Shown: positions 48,977-62,542 of the stretch, piece after piece | How positions within the stretch are numbered: the first letter of the stretch is position 1 | How the letters are laid out: the number at the start of each line of letters is the position of its first letter | Assembly (NCBI RefSeq): GCF_009914755.1 | Contig: NC_060936.1 | DNA from: the human T2T-CHM13v2.0 reference genome, Homo sapiens | Length of the DNA: 64,000 nucleotides | Strand: one strand, 5' to 3' | Made by a program: the position numbers and the translations under genes | Notes under the pieces: model-generated | What the model saw: only the letters and a program-made list of their open reading frames with translations | Told to the model about the DNA's origin: nothing | Database searches by the model: none

Positions 48977-51310
48977 CCCTATACCATATTGCTACTGCAT
49001 TAAAAAAGTAAAGAATAACTAGATTTACAGTTGTAGAAGGAAAGTTAAAGTTCAAGGATTAATATCATTAATCAAAGGAATCCTCACTCACTGTAATTAA
49101 TATTGACAGTAGACTATGCTGTCTTTGTTCCTTCTTCTCTGGCCTTTTCCTAAATTGGAAAATTGCTCACCTAAGACCCTCAGCTGTCTCAGTTGGAGAT
49201 TTGGCCCTTCCCTTTAAGTCTATAACTGAGGCATTGAAAGAGGTGTGTGGCTTCTTAAGCAATAACTGAGGCTGATCTCAAAAAAATGCACAGGTCACCT
49301 CAAAATCCTTTTACAGCCTTGAAGGTGTGAGGAGAGGCAAGCACAAACAGAACTTCATTTTCTCTTAGAAAGGAAAGTTATTTTCCCTTTCCACCTTCAG
49401 CAGGCTATTGCTGCCTTGTTCCCTAAATAGTACATTAAAATGTTCTGCAGTTCATGGGACTGCAAAGGTTTATGTGCTTACATGGTGCCACTCAGGTTCT
49501 CCCTGGACGCTGTGCACAGAAAAGCATTGAGAACACAACACTTTTCACAGCTTTTTGATGTTTTCTGGGGCTAAAAAGATTGCGTTGAAAATAAGGAAGA
49601 CTTTTTCTTAGCTTTTCAAATCTCCATAACTGAGAGGATGCCTATGGTAATCTTGGAAACTGTTGCCAAAGGGAACATGCCTCGTGGCCAATGTCTAGTG
49701 AGTAGGTAGGAGACTGCACCTGATCAATAAACAATGGTGGAGTTGTTTTCATGGAGCATGTTTTCCATGAACCCAACCCAAGCAAATTAAACCACACATA
49801 AACCACCAGCCAGTGTGATATCTTTAAGAAATCAGACTATGCTCAATCAGAATAAAGCACCCAACTGGGTATCATTAAGCTTTTGAAAGTACTTATGCTG
49901 CTAGAATTTTTCCCTTGAGGTAATGATTTTGTTCAATATTGTTGCAGTGTGCATTTTTGAGTATTTGGCATGTGCTGGGAGCTATTAATCTAGTTCTCCC
50001 CCCACTCACAACTTCTCTGGCAGATACTATAGTGAAAATTTCAGTGAGGTAGCAATCAAGGAATCTTTGGTTCCATTGCTCCTTCCGCTAACAGCACATT
50101 GTAACCTTGACTAAACTACTTAACTTCAATGAGAATCAGATTCCTCAACCATACAGTGAAAAGTTTGGATTGTTAAAAAAAAAAAAAAATGTAAGATTTC
50201 CTACAACTCTACAGTTCCATGATCCTTTAAATTTATTTTTTAGCTAACATATATTGCGCTCTTATTTATCACATGCAATTCTTTGTTCTAAATACGTTCC
50301 ATGTATTATTGCACTTACATTTCACAACAACTCTCTCTGTAAGGCAGTTACTATGCTCACCATGTTAAAAATGAAGACTAATTCTATAATGTAGTTCAAT
50401 GCACTGTATCACCAAGGGGAAGTCTACCATTCAGGTGGAAGGAGAATCATGCCAGAGAGTACACAGCATAAGGGCAGGTGCCACAGCCAATCACTGACCT
50501 CTCTCAGCACCTATCACAGGTCCTGGCACCTAAAGGGAAGTCAATAAATACTGATTAGATATGTAAGTGAAGGAATAAAATGTAGTATCATTTTTGTAAA
50601 ATGTATCAAGAAAGATGGGCAGCTATGGTTTGCAAGCTTAGAACTCACCCAAAAGTCCATATGCTGTGTTTCAAAAACATTGAGGCTTTAGTTCTCGTAT
50701 GAGTTTTGATGTGTCAAGATTACCCTTCATTTGCTTTTTAAAAATAAATGTATTCGCAGGACGGAAGAATTTTAAAAATAAAATTTTTACTGTGGCTTCT
50801 CACTGATAATTCTGGAATGCATGGGAATTTTAATTTTCTAATCCTGGTTCATATAATCAGGGAGTACATTTTTAAGGAACTGTGTTTAACTGCAATCTTA
50901 TTTTAAAATGTTTCACAAAAAGATAAAAATTTTGGCAACTATCTTGGAAATCATGCTTTTGTCAGATGAAATAATTATGTTTTTCGATAATTTTGGCAAA
51001 CATTGAAAGGGAAAACGTGCTCTAGAAGAGGAAAAAATTCAAGTGCATGTAATAGCTTATTTAACATAAAATAAAATGCTATTCTATCCTTTTGGTATGG
51101 CTGAAATATTTCCTAAAAGCAAAAAATTAAAATTTATCAATAAAAGACTAAGTGATAGCTCAAAATGTAATAATTTGCTGTTGTTGTTATTCTTGGTATT
51201 AACTTTTTCTGTTATTTCCATTTGATAGTAATAACATATAGAAAGTGTTCAGGGTCTATGTCAAAGCCAAGATTGACCACTACAGAATGAGCATTCAAAA
51301 ATAGTGGGAA

Positions 51311-51920
<610 letters not shown>

Positions 51921-52529
51921 TAGTGGGAAGAGTAGTGAAATGAATAATGGCCAGGCCTTATTTCTAAGAATCCATTTTAAAAATATATTTTAAAAAAAGA
52001 TCAACCCAAGGTGATTCTGTATTGCCAGATCTTGTAAACTTTATGTGTCGTCAAAACAATGAGGTCTCCTGCATTCAAAAATGTGTATTTCTGATCTATA
52101 CATTTTTATGTTGACATGTATTTTTCTGTCACTTATGGGGCATGTAGAAAAGTAACCAAGATACTCACTGGACCCAGTTCCTTCAGAGTAAAGCTTTCAT
52201 TCCCTTTAGTTTGGATGATAACCATAGATTCTGTAACCCAATGATCAAAGATATAAAAGAAATTGAGATTCAAAGCTGACAACATTGACCTTTGGGATAA
52301 AATTCTCTAGCTACTGTATTCTTTCACAGAATGCTTAACCTTTTTTGGTTGACTCTCCAAAGATTCCACCCTCAATAAAGCAATTTTCTATAGCTAGAAT
52401 TAACCCTTACATATGTTTTTAAAAACCTTGAATTAGGTTTTCCACATAGAACATGTTCAGTAAAGGATTTGAACTAATAAAGGATTTGGTTTTGGTCCAC
52501 AGAAGACACGAAAATGATTATTTTCTAGC

Positions 52530-52910
52530 AGCCCATTTATTCAATCATCTATTCCTTCAACAAATATTTATTGACTGCCTTCTATACTCCAGGCACTGTG
52601 CTAGACATTGTGGGTACAGCAATAAAGAAAACACAGTCCTTAGTCTTGACCTAATAGAAAAGATAAATAAGGACAGATCCAATTACAATACTTAGTATAT
52701 ATGTTGTATGACCTGTGCTGGCACCTCACCCAGTCTCCAGCAGCCCAAGATTTCCCAGAGGAAATGCCAATTATGCTGAAATGTGAAGGACCAGTAGAAG
52801 TAATCCCAGGGGAAATGGCAGCATGCGGAGTAGGTGAGACCCAGGTAGAAAGTTGTTTCAGATAGAGAAAATGAGATTGGCAGAGAGATGGAGTGTGGGG
52901 CATTCCAGAA
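52530..52910 (-). mobile_element. L2 3' fragment
   Basis: cttcaacaaatatttattgactgcct...ccaggcactgtgctagac. Confidence 0.75.
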
Positions 52911-55020
52911 ACACAAGCTATCTCACTACCGGGCGAGTAGATTTTTGCTCCCACTGCTGTATCCTGTTTACAACCTCTTTTGACATAGACAGGATAGTTA
53001 AGACAACATCTGTGAGCTTTTACCATATTTGGATGCAATTCTTTTTTCAGCTCTCAAATTTGGTGACAATACTATTTCCCTTTACATTTCTTCTCCCTCA
53101 TGCCATGTTCTGCCCCTCCCAGTGACCTCTGCAGTCTGGCTCCTTTGCAATCTTCAGCTGCCTTCCGACTACGTCATTATCACCATTGAAGGGCTAATGA
53201 GACTGGACAGGAGGGCTGGTGCCTACCATACTGGTGCTTAAGTTCGACTCCCAGCTGCCTACATTTCTCTGGTTCACAGAATTCCACTGTTCTCCTTTCA
53301 GGAAGAAAAGGATTACAAGATTAGCTTCATGATACCATTTCCAGCCTACCATATATAGTAAGAGGAAGCAATTAAATGTGACTTCCATGACAACCTTTCA
53401 ATCTTCAGCCAGACTCCCCACTAGGATATCTGTCTGGAGGGAGGCAGCAGGGGTTTCAACTATGTAGGTGAGGTCAAGGAGTATATAATTACAGCCAAGT
53501 GCTACAGAGTCTAACAACTCTTTTAGCCTCCTGCCGCAAACAGCAACCAGTGTGTGAATAAGGCACAAAACAGTTGCCCAAGTTAGAAAGCCAATATTGT
53601 GGGGAATCTGGAAGTCTAGCTTCCATGGGTAGTGCAAAAGAGAGTCCTTGAAGTAAATAGACTCAAACAGCTTTAGGAAACACTGTTAACCATGCCTAGC
53701 TAGCCTTGATTTCAGCTGCAATGGAGAAAAGAAATACATTTGTCAGAATCCTATCTTTTTTTTTTTTTCAAGACTCAGCCATTCCAAGAAGCCTTCCCAA
53801 AAGCATGAAGTCAGAATGGTCGTCAACAACAGTAAATCACAGAGATTTCTGGGGTATAAGAAGAAAAACAAATGCTTTTCAAACCATTACCTTCTCAAGG
53901 AAGGTGGATAGACCTTCTAAAGGAAAACTCAAGATCTCCACTTCTGTTTTGAGCTCATAAATGGAGAAAGAGTATTTTATTTAGGTGAACATTTTGAGAT
54001 TTGGGTTGGCAAAGGAGGGCTTACTTACAGTGGAGTTTGAGGGATATGATTTGTTGTGCATCATAAAGAGAGGAGAATGTGGCATCCCTGGGAACTCTAA
54101 AGTATGGAAGGAGGACTGGGTCTAGGAGTCGAGGCAAAATCTCCAGCTTCAGGAAACCATTACAGCTGCGGAGAAACTTTGGCCCAGGCTTTAGGGTTCT
54201 TGTATCTCTCTCTTAAGAGGAGAGATGTCTGTTGACCTTGGAGAAGAAATGAAGCATGAACCTGGGACAAGAGCCCGTTAGTCCCACATGGTTCTAGCTG
54301 GTGCAGCACAGAGCCCTGGCAAACTAGGAGTTAGTAAGGACTCAGATGAAAAGATGGAGGGGGAAGGGAAAGGAGAAGTCAGCAAAACGGCAAATGGTGC
54401 TGTAGAGAGTGGCTTGACAGCAGGGGAAACAAGTGCTCTGAGGCAGGATGGCCCAAAGAACTTCTAGAAGCAGGAGAGCTAATATTCAGTTTTAAATAGC
54501 TTGCTTTTTTGCAGCATAAACTCCTCCTTAAAGCATCAGTGAAATCTGCTGCACATACAAGGGCTTTGAGTGAGTGACTATTTCTGGGAAATCAAGAAAA
54601 GTGGCTCAGGTCCAGGTCTGCATCCGTGTGAAACAAAACAAGAATGATATAGATAGGAGAGGGGGAAAAAAAAAAATAACATGAGCAGGACGCAAAAAAC
54701 AGAGATAAGACCATGACAAATAAGCCCTCCAGAAATGTGCATAATCCTGTGTCATGAGTCTGACTTTTCTCAATTCTAGAATGGGGTATGGAGAAGGTAA
54801 TCTTATCTAGACCTCAGGGGCAGGTGACTCAGCTATCTGTCACTCAAGTGATATATAATGATTCTGCTGAGGCTTATGTCATGTGATTTGAAGGATGCAA
54901 CAAGAATTTCCTAAACAAAATATCTAATATTTCCTCTTGGCTTGTGCCAGAGCCTGAAATCAACACCATCATCATTCTTTCAGGGTGAAGCATGAAAATC
55001 TTCCCTTAAAATACAATCAT

Positions 55021-55748
55021 ACTCTGACACCCATTAGGATCACTACTATCAAATAAAAAAAAAAAACAAACCCAGAAAACAACAAGTGTTGGCAGGGATG
55101 TAAAGAAGTTGGAACTTTTGTGCACTGTTTATTGGGTTGTAAAATGATGCAGCCACTACGGAAAAGCGTGGCTGTTCTTTAAAAAATTACAAATAGAGCT
55201 ACCATGTGGTCCAGAAATCCCATTTCTGGGTATATTTCCAAAATAATTGAAAGCAGGATCTCAAAGAGATATGTGAACACTCATGTTCTTAGCAGCACTA
55301 TTCCCAATAGCAAAGAGGTGGAAGCAACCCAAATGTCCATTAATAGATGAATGGATAAACAGAATGTGCTATGTACATGCAATGGAATACCATGCTCCCT
55401 TAAGAAGGAAGGACATCTTGTTATGTGCTAAGACAGAAATGAACCTTGAGGACAGTATGTTAAGTAAAACAGGCCAGTCACAAAAGGACAATAACCATAC
55501 GATTCCACTTATACGAGGTATCTAAAGTAGTCAAATGTATAGATATGAAAATGCAGAATGGTGGTTACCAGAGTTTGGGAGGAGGGGGAAGTAAGGAATC
55601 GTTTAATAACTACAGAGGTTCAGTTCTGCAAGACGAAAACCTTCCGGGGATCCATTTCATACCATTAGAGATAAGCTGAACCCTACAGAACTGTCCACTT
55701 AAAAATGGTTAAGATGGTAAATTGTATATGTTTTTTAACCACTATAAA
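55021..55748 (+). mobile_element. L1MB3-like 3' fragment
   Basis: Degenerate ORF2 end (MFLAALFPIAKRWKQPKCP) and 3'UTR cacttaaaaatggttaagatggtaaatt; degenerate TSD taaaatacaatcat/taaaagtgcaaccat. Confidence 0.88.
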
Positions 55749-58700
55749 AGTGCAACCATTTTCTGTATAACAGGTCATCTTAAACCATCCTCCTTTACAC
55801 TTTGTTATGAATTAATTTATCAGATTAGCTTCATTCTCTGAAGGACAGATGTGTCAGTTTTTATAAAGAGGAGAGCCAAAAGGGTGTTAGGAAAGGGAGG
55901 CTCAGGGCATCATAGAAGTCTCTGGGCATCTGGGAAGATGACCAGGCACAGAAGCTAGGCAGCTAATGGAGAGTGGAGTGGGGACTGCAGAAGCATGAAA
56001 GAGAGCGGGGCAACACAAAGACATGAGAAAATGCACTAAAAATACATTTTTTCTCATATTTTCCCTGAAGCTGCTATCCTTGGGTGACCTCAAGAACTTA
56101 CAGGCAGTGAAAAGTTGCCTTTGCAAAGGCTGCCCTGAGAGACACTCAGAATAACACGGCTTGAAGGGCCCTTCTGGCAAGCGCATCACAGCTGGGTTTC
56201 CAGGACCACAAAGGCAGACTGAAACTTTCTCCATTAGCTGTGAGTGTGCCCTGCTGAACCTTGTGGGCCCAGATGGTGCTTATTTTTAGGCACCTTCGTC
56301 TTTCCATGACTAACTGGGAACAGTAAAGTATGGAGCTGGGTCTAAGAGCCAAGGCAAAGTCTCTATTTCAGGAAAGCATTACAGCTGGGGAGAAGCTTTG
56401 GCTCAGCAGTCTCCTGGGTTCCTGCCCCTCTGTTAAAAGGAGAGACGTCTGTTCACCTTAAGCACAAACGGGGTCATGGACTTGGGGCTGAGGAAGCCCT
56501 GAGAACATATCAGTCCCAAATAGCTACAGCTGGTGCAAAAGGAGACTGGGCAAAGAGCTGCTGCTTGACTGTTACCCCGATGCTGCCCCGATGGGATGAT
56601 TCTGCACTGATGGGCTTTCAGCACTTAGTCCTGGCCTGCCTGGGCCACTCATCCACCCGTGGGCAGGACTCCAAGCCTCCAACTTTCATGACTCTTTGCT
56701 CCAGGCCTTGCCCACACTGCATCAAGGCCAGCCTAGCATGAAGCTCTCATGTCCTCAGAAGGCACCTGGCAGAGAAGCTCAGTGTGTGCAGAAAAGAAGT
56801 ACAAGGTTTTCTGAGAGTTCACTGAGTAAATACAGTGACACACATATAGACTAAGAACCTCAGTCCATTCACTTGGGTATGCAAAAAATTGTGCATTACC
56901 TACTCTTCCCATTCTTGAAATCACTATAATTCTGACTCCAAGCTCCACTCTCGCTGGACCTAGAAGTTAAACCTACGCTTTCTTGGGTTTCCTCCTGCAA
57001 ATATGTAAAAGTCCTGGGGTCTTAACTAGCTTCAAGATGGGGAATGCCCTCAAGGTGTCAGTTGCGGGTCCACACTGGCTGTGGCTGAGACACCCATTAT
57101 CCCAGGTTCTGCTGCTTCTTTGCCAAGACTAGAAATCTCAGATGAAACAGGGGAACACAAGTGGGAGAACCCAAGCCTCCTACAGGCGCCCTTCCTGTCA
57201 ACACTTCCCCCCTGAGGCCTTCTCACAACCTGAGTAGGGTACAAATTCTGAGGGCAGGATCTGTCTCTCCCTCCCAGTCACCAGAAATCTCTCCTTCCAG
57301 CCTTATTGTTTCTCATATGGCCTGTTCCACTCCAGCCCCCTCCAGGACACACTTCAACCATTTAGGATCTTAGGACAGAGTCTTGAATTTCATTAAAGCT
57401 TTTTCTGCTTTCAACCCTGATAAATCCCTGAGATAAACAATCACAAAGCTTGGCCAACATTAGGGGTTAGTATCTCCATTTGAAATAAAGCACAGGTAGC
57501 TGAAGTGATGTGTACCATGTGTTGGAGGCAAAACCTAGACAAAGAAGCCAGGTGTGCTGATTGTAGGCAAGTGTCCTGTCCAGGATGCCACCAAATTGCA
57601 AGTCAGAGAGCATGCAGCAAATGCTGGCTTTGGAACTAGCAGGCAAGAAACTGAAGGCTCACTTGTGTTTTATTATCAACACTGGGGAAGCTGAATAAAA
57701 CCAGCTAGTGGTGGGCAGGGAGCCAGCATTGGCTTGATTAGATCTTCACTCTGTGGTTACCAGCCAGTGCCATCCAGGGAGAGCCTGAATCTGGAGGAGA
57801 GGCTGTGCTGCCAGTGCAGCCAGCACCTGTGTTTGACTATTTCTACTGCTTGTTTCAAGCAAACAGGCAGTGACGCAAGAAAGGCAGGAAAGAGGACTCT
57901 CTGAGCCTGGCATCTGGTGAGGCCAAGTTTTACTGAGCATGCACATTGCTTTTCTACCATCTTGAGGATAAACCACTTGCCCCTCGGTCAGAAGCTCTCC
58001 TAACTAGAAGATGTCTTATTTTGGAAACAAAAGCTAAGTAATGGGTTGACTCCTTGGTGTTTATCTCTCTGAAGTCAGCTTCATATATTTGGGGGCTGGA
58101 AGGGATTAGGAGACAGGACTGTTGGAAGCTACATCAGGAAGGTGGCTCTATTTTCTGAGATGCCCTCTGACTTTTTTGCAGAGCATCTCACTTCCCTCTG
58201 GACACCCCCAACTTCTTGCACCTGGCATCACCACACTGCCTTGCTCCCTTTCTCAGGATGCCACCCAGACCTGAACTTTCCGGCCACTGTATCAAGCACA
58301 AAAATGATACTGCCTTCATCATGCTCATCAAAACTGCCATTTTCTGGATGTCATGCTGTGTAGAATGGGGTAGCAGTGGTGAATGGGCCCACATAAATAA
58401 TTCATTCTAAAACATGAGCCCTGCCAATATTGTTATATAAAAGAAACTTTCCAATGGAGTATAAACTTTACCACAAACTTGAGAATTTGTGTCAGCTCTG
58501 TTCGCTACCATGATTTGATAGAAAATTATCTCATTAAACCCAAAAAAACAGGCCAGTAATAATAATATGGTTGAAAATGAGCCTCAAGAGAAATATTTAG
58601 TAACATTTGCCAAGTTTGGAATGTAATACATTATTTTGCTATTGTTGAAATCCTCAGCAATAATAACAATGTTGAAAAAGTACTTTCTCAGAAGGGCTGG

Positions 58701-59719
58701 TAATTTCATAAGTTTAACTCTAATGTATTTGTATACAGAAAATGAATGATATATTGAGCTCCAAAAGAAATAAGGCCCATGGGGCAAAAGGGATATGATC
58801 AGGGGAAGGTCAGGTCATTACTAGACAAGAGGCCTGAGATAAAATAAACATGGTCTTGTGCAGAATTTTTTAAATTTCATGTAATGAGGGTTGTGGAATC
58901 AATTCCATGAGTTTTAACCAAACTTCTCTTTGGTATGAAATGGAAATGCAATAAACTATACCACAGATAGTAAGGTCAGTATACACATGTATATAATATA
59001 TACGAGTTTGAATAATATAAAATGTAACTATGACTGAGGATTGTGGTTTAAAATGTTTGAAAGCAACAAGTTCAAGGCACTGGTTTTAAATTATTTTTAA
59101 GCTCAGAATTTTTATGTGGAAGCTTAATATGTAAAATAGATCAAAACAAATCTGTCATCACTGCAGGCACTGGTGAAGGGGGCAGAATTCGGCCCTGTCA
59201 GCTCACTACAATCCACCTTCCCGTGAGCAGCAGAATTCTGAAAACCACAGGTCCAGAAATTACACTGCTCCAGAAATTACACTCTGTCAGTTCCCCTAGT
59301 ATAAGCGTCAAATTGATTCTTACTATTGAGGTTTGAGGGACCCAATAATAACACCACCTATTCCACCTAAATTCTGAATTGAGAGAGACAATAGGATCAA
59401 CAGATGACAGTCAACTATCAACAAAATACTAATAAAGGCTAGGTTGGGGACTGTACTTAAGTGCAGGGTATCAGTGGATTTCCTAATTTAACTGGCAGAA
59501 TTAGATAGACCTATGCAGTCACGGCAGCACCGGAAACCTGGAAGGCCCCAACCCTAATTCCCACTCAGAGGCAGAGACTCAGAGCAGACAAGCCCATCCC
59601 AAAAGCAAAGGGATGAGAAAGGCTAAGCTAGGCATGCCCCATTCAGAGAAGCCAGGAGTGCTATATTAATTGATACCTCTCCACAAGGAAATAGGAATCA
59701 GGTGGAAAAGAGGTTCCTC

Positions 59720-59905
59720 TCCATGACACTTAGCAAAATGATGTATGCTTTTTCTTCATAGCACTTACTGCAATTAGAATTAATGTCTGCCTCCCTTAGT
59801 AGACTATAGACTTTTTGAAGGCAGAGGCTATATCTATTCTATATCCTGTTATATTGCTAGCATCTAGCACACATTTCATGCTCAACAAATATGTGCTACA
59901 TGAAT
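59720..59905 (+). mobile_element. L2 3' end
   Basis: agactatagactttttgaaggcagagg...gctcaacaaatatgtgc..atgaat. Confidence 0.65.
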
Positions 59906-60053
59906 AAGACTAATGTAAAAATACTGTCAATATAATAGACCACCTATACCCCACTTTCAATACCAAGGTATTTGAGAATTGAATCATATTCATTCAATGT
60001 CAAGCAAAACTGAGGCAGGCCTACTCTTGAGAGTATTTGAAAGATTGTATTTA

Positions 60054-60409
<356 letters not shown>

Positions 60410-61080
60410 CACCTAGTCCTACTCAAGGAAAAGAAGCCGTGAAAAAGTAGGAAATCTACCCCCATGAGAAAGAACAACCAGAGCAAAGCTTCCCTCTTCT
60501 GGAAAGTCTATCAGGTTCCTACAGTTTCCTAGAAGAAAAGCCTTTCTCTCATGTGGTCTCAAACTCTTCTCTGTGAGTAAACTATAAATCACTTCTTTCA
60601 TCTTCTGTGAGAAAACAACTTTGACTTATCAAGCCTACCTTTTAACGTGGCTTTTGCCTACCATATCTACAAGGTGATGAAGCTGTTATAATCAACAAAT
60701 CCAAGAGAAGTAGCTATTTAAATAATAAGAATTGTAGCCATGTTTCCTCGTGCCGTAAGTCCATGCTCTTAGGGGGCATTAGGTCTCCAGCCAGTAAAGA
60801 GTCTCATTCACAACAGCAGCATGTGAGGTCAAGTGGGAATGTACAGAGACACTAAGAACAGCCCTCAGCCAAAAATCTCTCCTTTATTCATCCCATATTG
60901 TAGACTCCACTGGGGGAAGGCTATGAAAACTCCTATTTAGATTTAAATATATTTTGAGAAGGCAAGCTTCTTTGACCTTTATGTCACACCCTTTATGGAC
61001 TTAGAGCCCATCAATAAGGGTTATTGATAATTTAAACAGAAATTACTTATACCCTCTCTACTAAAAAGAGCAACATTTTA

Positions 61081-61394
61081 TTTATTTATTTATTTTTTAT
61101 TATTATTATTTTTGAGACGGAGTTTCGCTCTTATTGTCCAGGCTGGAGTACAATGGTACAATCTCGGCTCACCACAAACTCCACCTCCTGGGTTCAAGTG
61201 ATTCTCCTGCCTCAGCCTCCCAGTAGCTAGGATTACAGGCATGCGCCACCATACCCAGCTAATTTTGTATTTTTAGTAGAGATGGGGTTTCCCCATGTTG
61301 GTCAGGCTGATCTTGAAGTCCCGACCTCAGGTGATCTGCCTGCTTCAGCCTCCCAAAGTGCTGGGATTACAGGTGTGAGCTGCCGTACCCAGCC
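61081..61394 (-). mobile_element. AluSp
   Basis: 18-bp TSD aaaaagagcaacatttta at 61063-61080 and 61396-61413. Confidence 0.95.
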
Positions 61395-61434
61395 AAAAAA
61401 GAGCAACATTTTAATAATGAAACAACAAATTATT

Positions 61435-62181
61435 ATTTGTTTTTTCTTCAACTTTTAAGTTTGGGGGACATGGGCAGGATGTCCAGGTTTGCTACACAGA
61501 TAAATGTGTGCCATGGCGGTTTGCTGCACAGACCAACCCATCACCTAGGTATTAAGCCCAACATCCATTAGCTATTCTTCCTGATGTTCTCCCTCCCCCT
61601 AACCCCACAACAGGCCCCAGTGTGTGTTGTTCTCTCCATTGTGTCATTCAGCTCCCACTTATAAGTGAGAACATGCAGTGTTTGGTTTTCTGTTCCTGCA
61701 TTAGTTTGCTGACAATAATGGCTTCCAGCTCCATCCATGTCTCTGCAAAGGGCATGATCTCATTTTTTTTATAGCTGCCTAGTATTCCATGGTGTATATG
61801 TACCACATTTTCTTTATCCAGTCTATCATTCATGGGCATTTGGGTTGATTCCATGTCTTTGCTGTTGTGAATAGTGCTTCAGTGAATATACGCATGCATG
61901 TATCTTTGTAATAGAATGATTTATATTCCATTGGGTATATATCCAGTAATGGGATTGGAGGGTCAAATGGTATTTCTGGTTCTAGGTCTTTGAGGAATCA
62001 TCACTCTGTCTTCCCCAATGGTTGAACTAATTTACATTCCCACCAACAGTGTAGAAGTATTTCTTTTCCTCCACAACCTTGCCAGCATCTCTTGTTTTTT
62101 TGACTTTTTAATAATCGCCATTCTGACTGGCGTGAGATGGTATCACATTATGGTTTTGATTTTCATTTCCCTAATGATTAG
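61435..62181 (-). mobile_element. L1PA8-11-like 3' fragment
   Basis: Reverse L1 3'UTR (ccatcacctaggtattaagccc...ctcccacttataagtgagaacatg) and ORF2 end (KTKHCMFSLISGS). Confidence 0.92.
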
Positions 62182-62213
62182 AGGCACAATTATTTTTAAT
62201 ATAAAAGCACTAG

Positions 62214-62542
<329 letters not shown>

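Noticed and set aside
49742-49777. Hairpin ttcatgga...tccatgaa as a pre-miRNA
   Set aside because: The stem is far too short and compatible with chance.
52640-53038. 132-aa minus-strand ORF
   Set aside because: Largely overlaps a decayed L2 and has no protein-like signal.
58240-58355. Minus-strand WHPEK/HPEN as a DnaJ HPD pseudogene
   Set aside because: The surrounding translation has no J-domain similarity and contains stops.
59252-59283. tccagaaattacact x2
   Set aside because: A simple 17-bp-period slippage duplication with no further signal.
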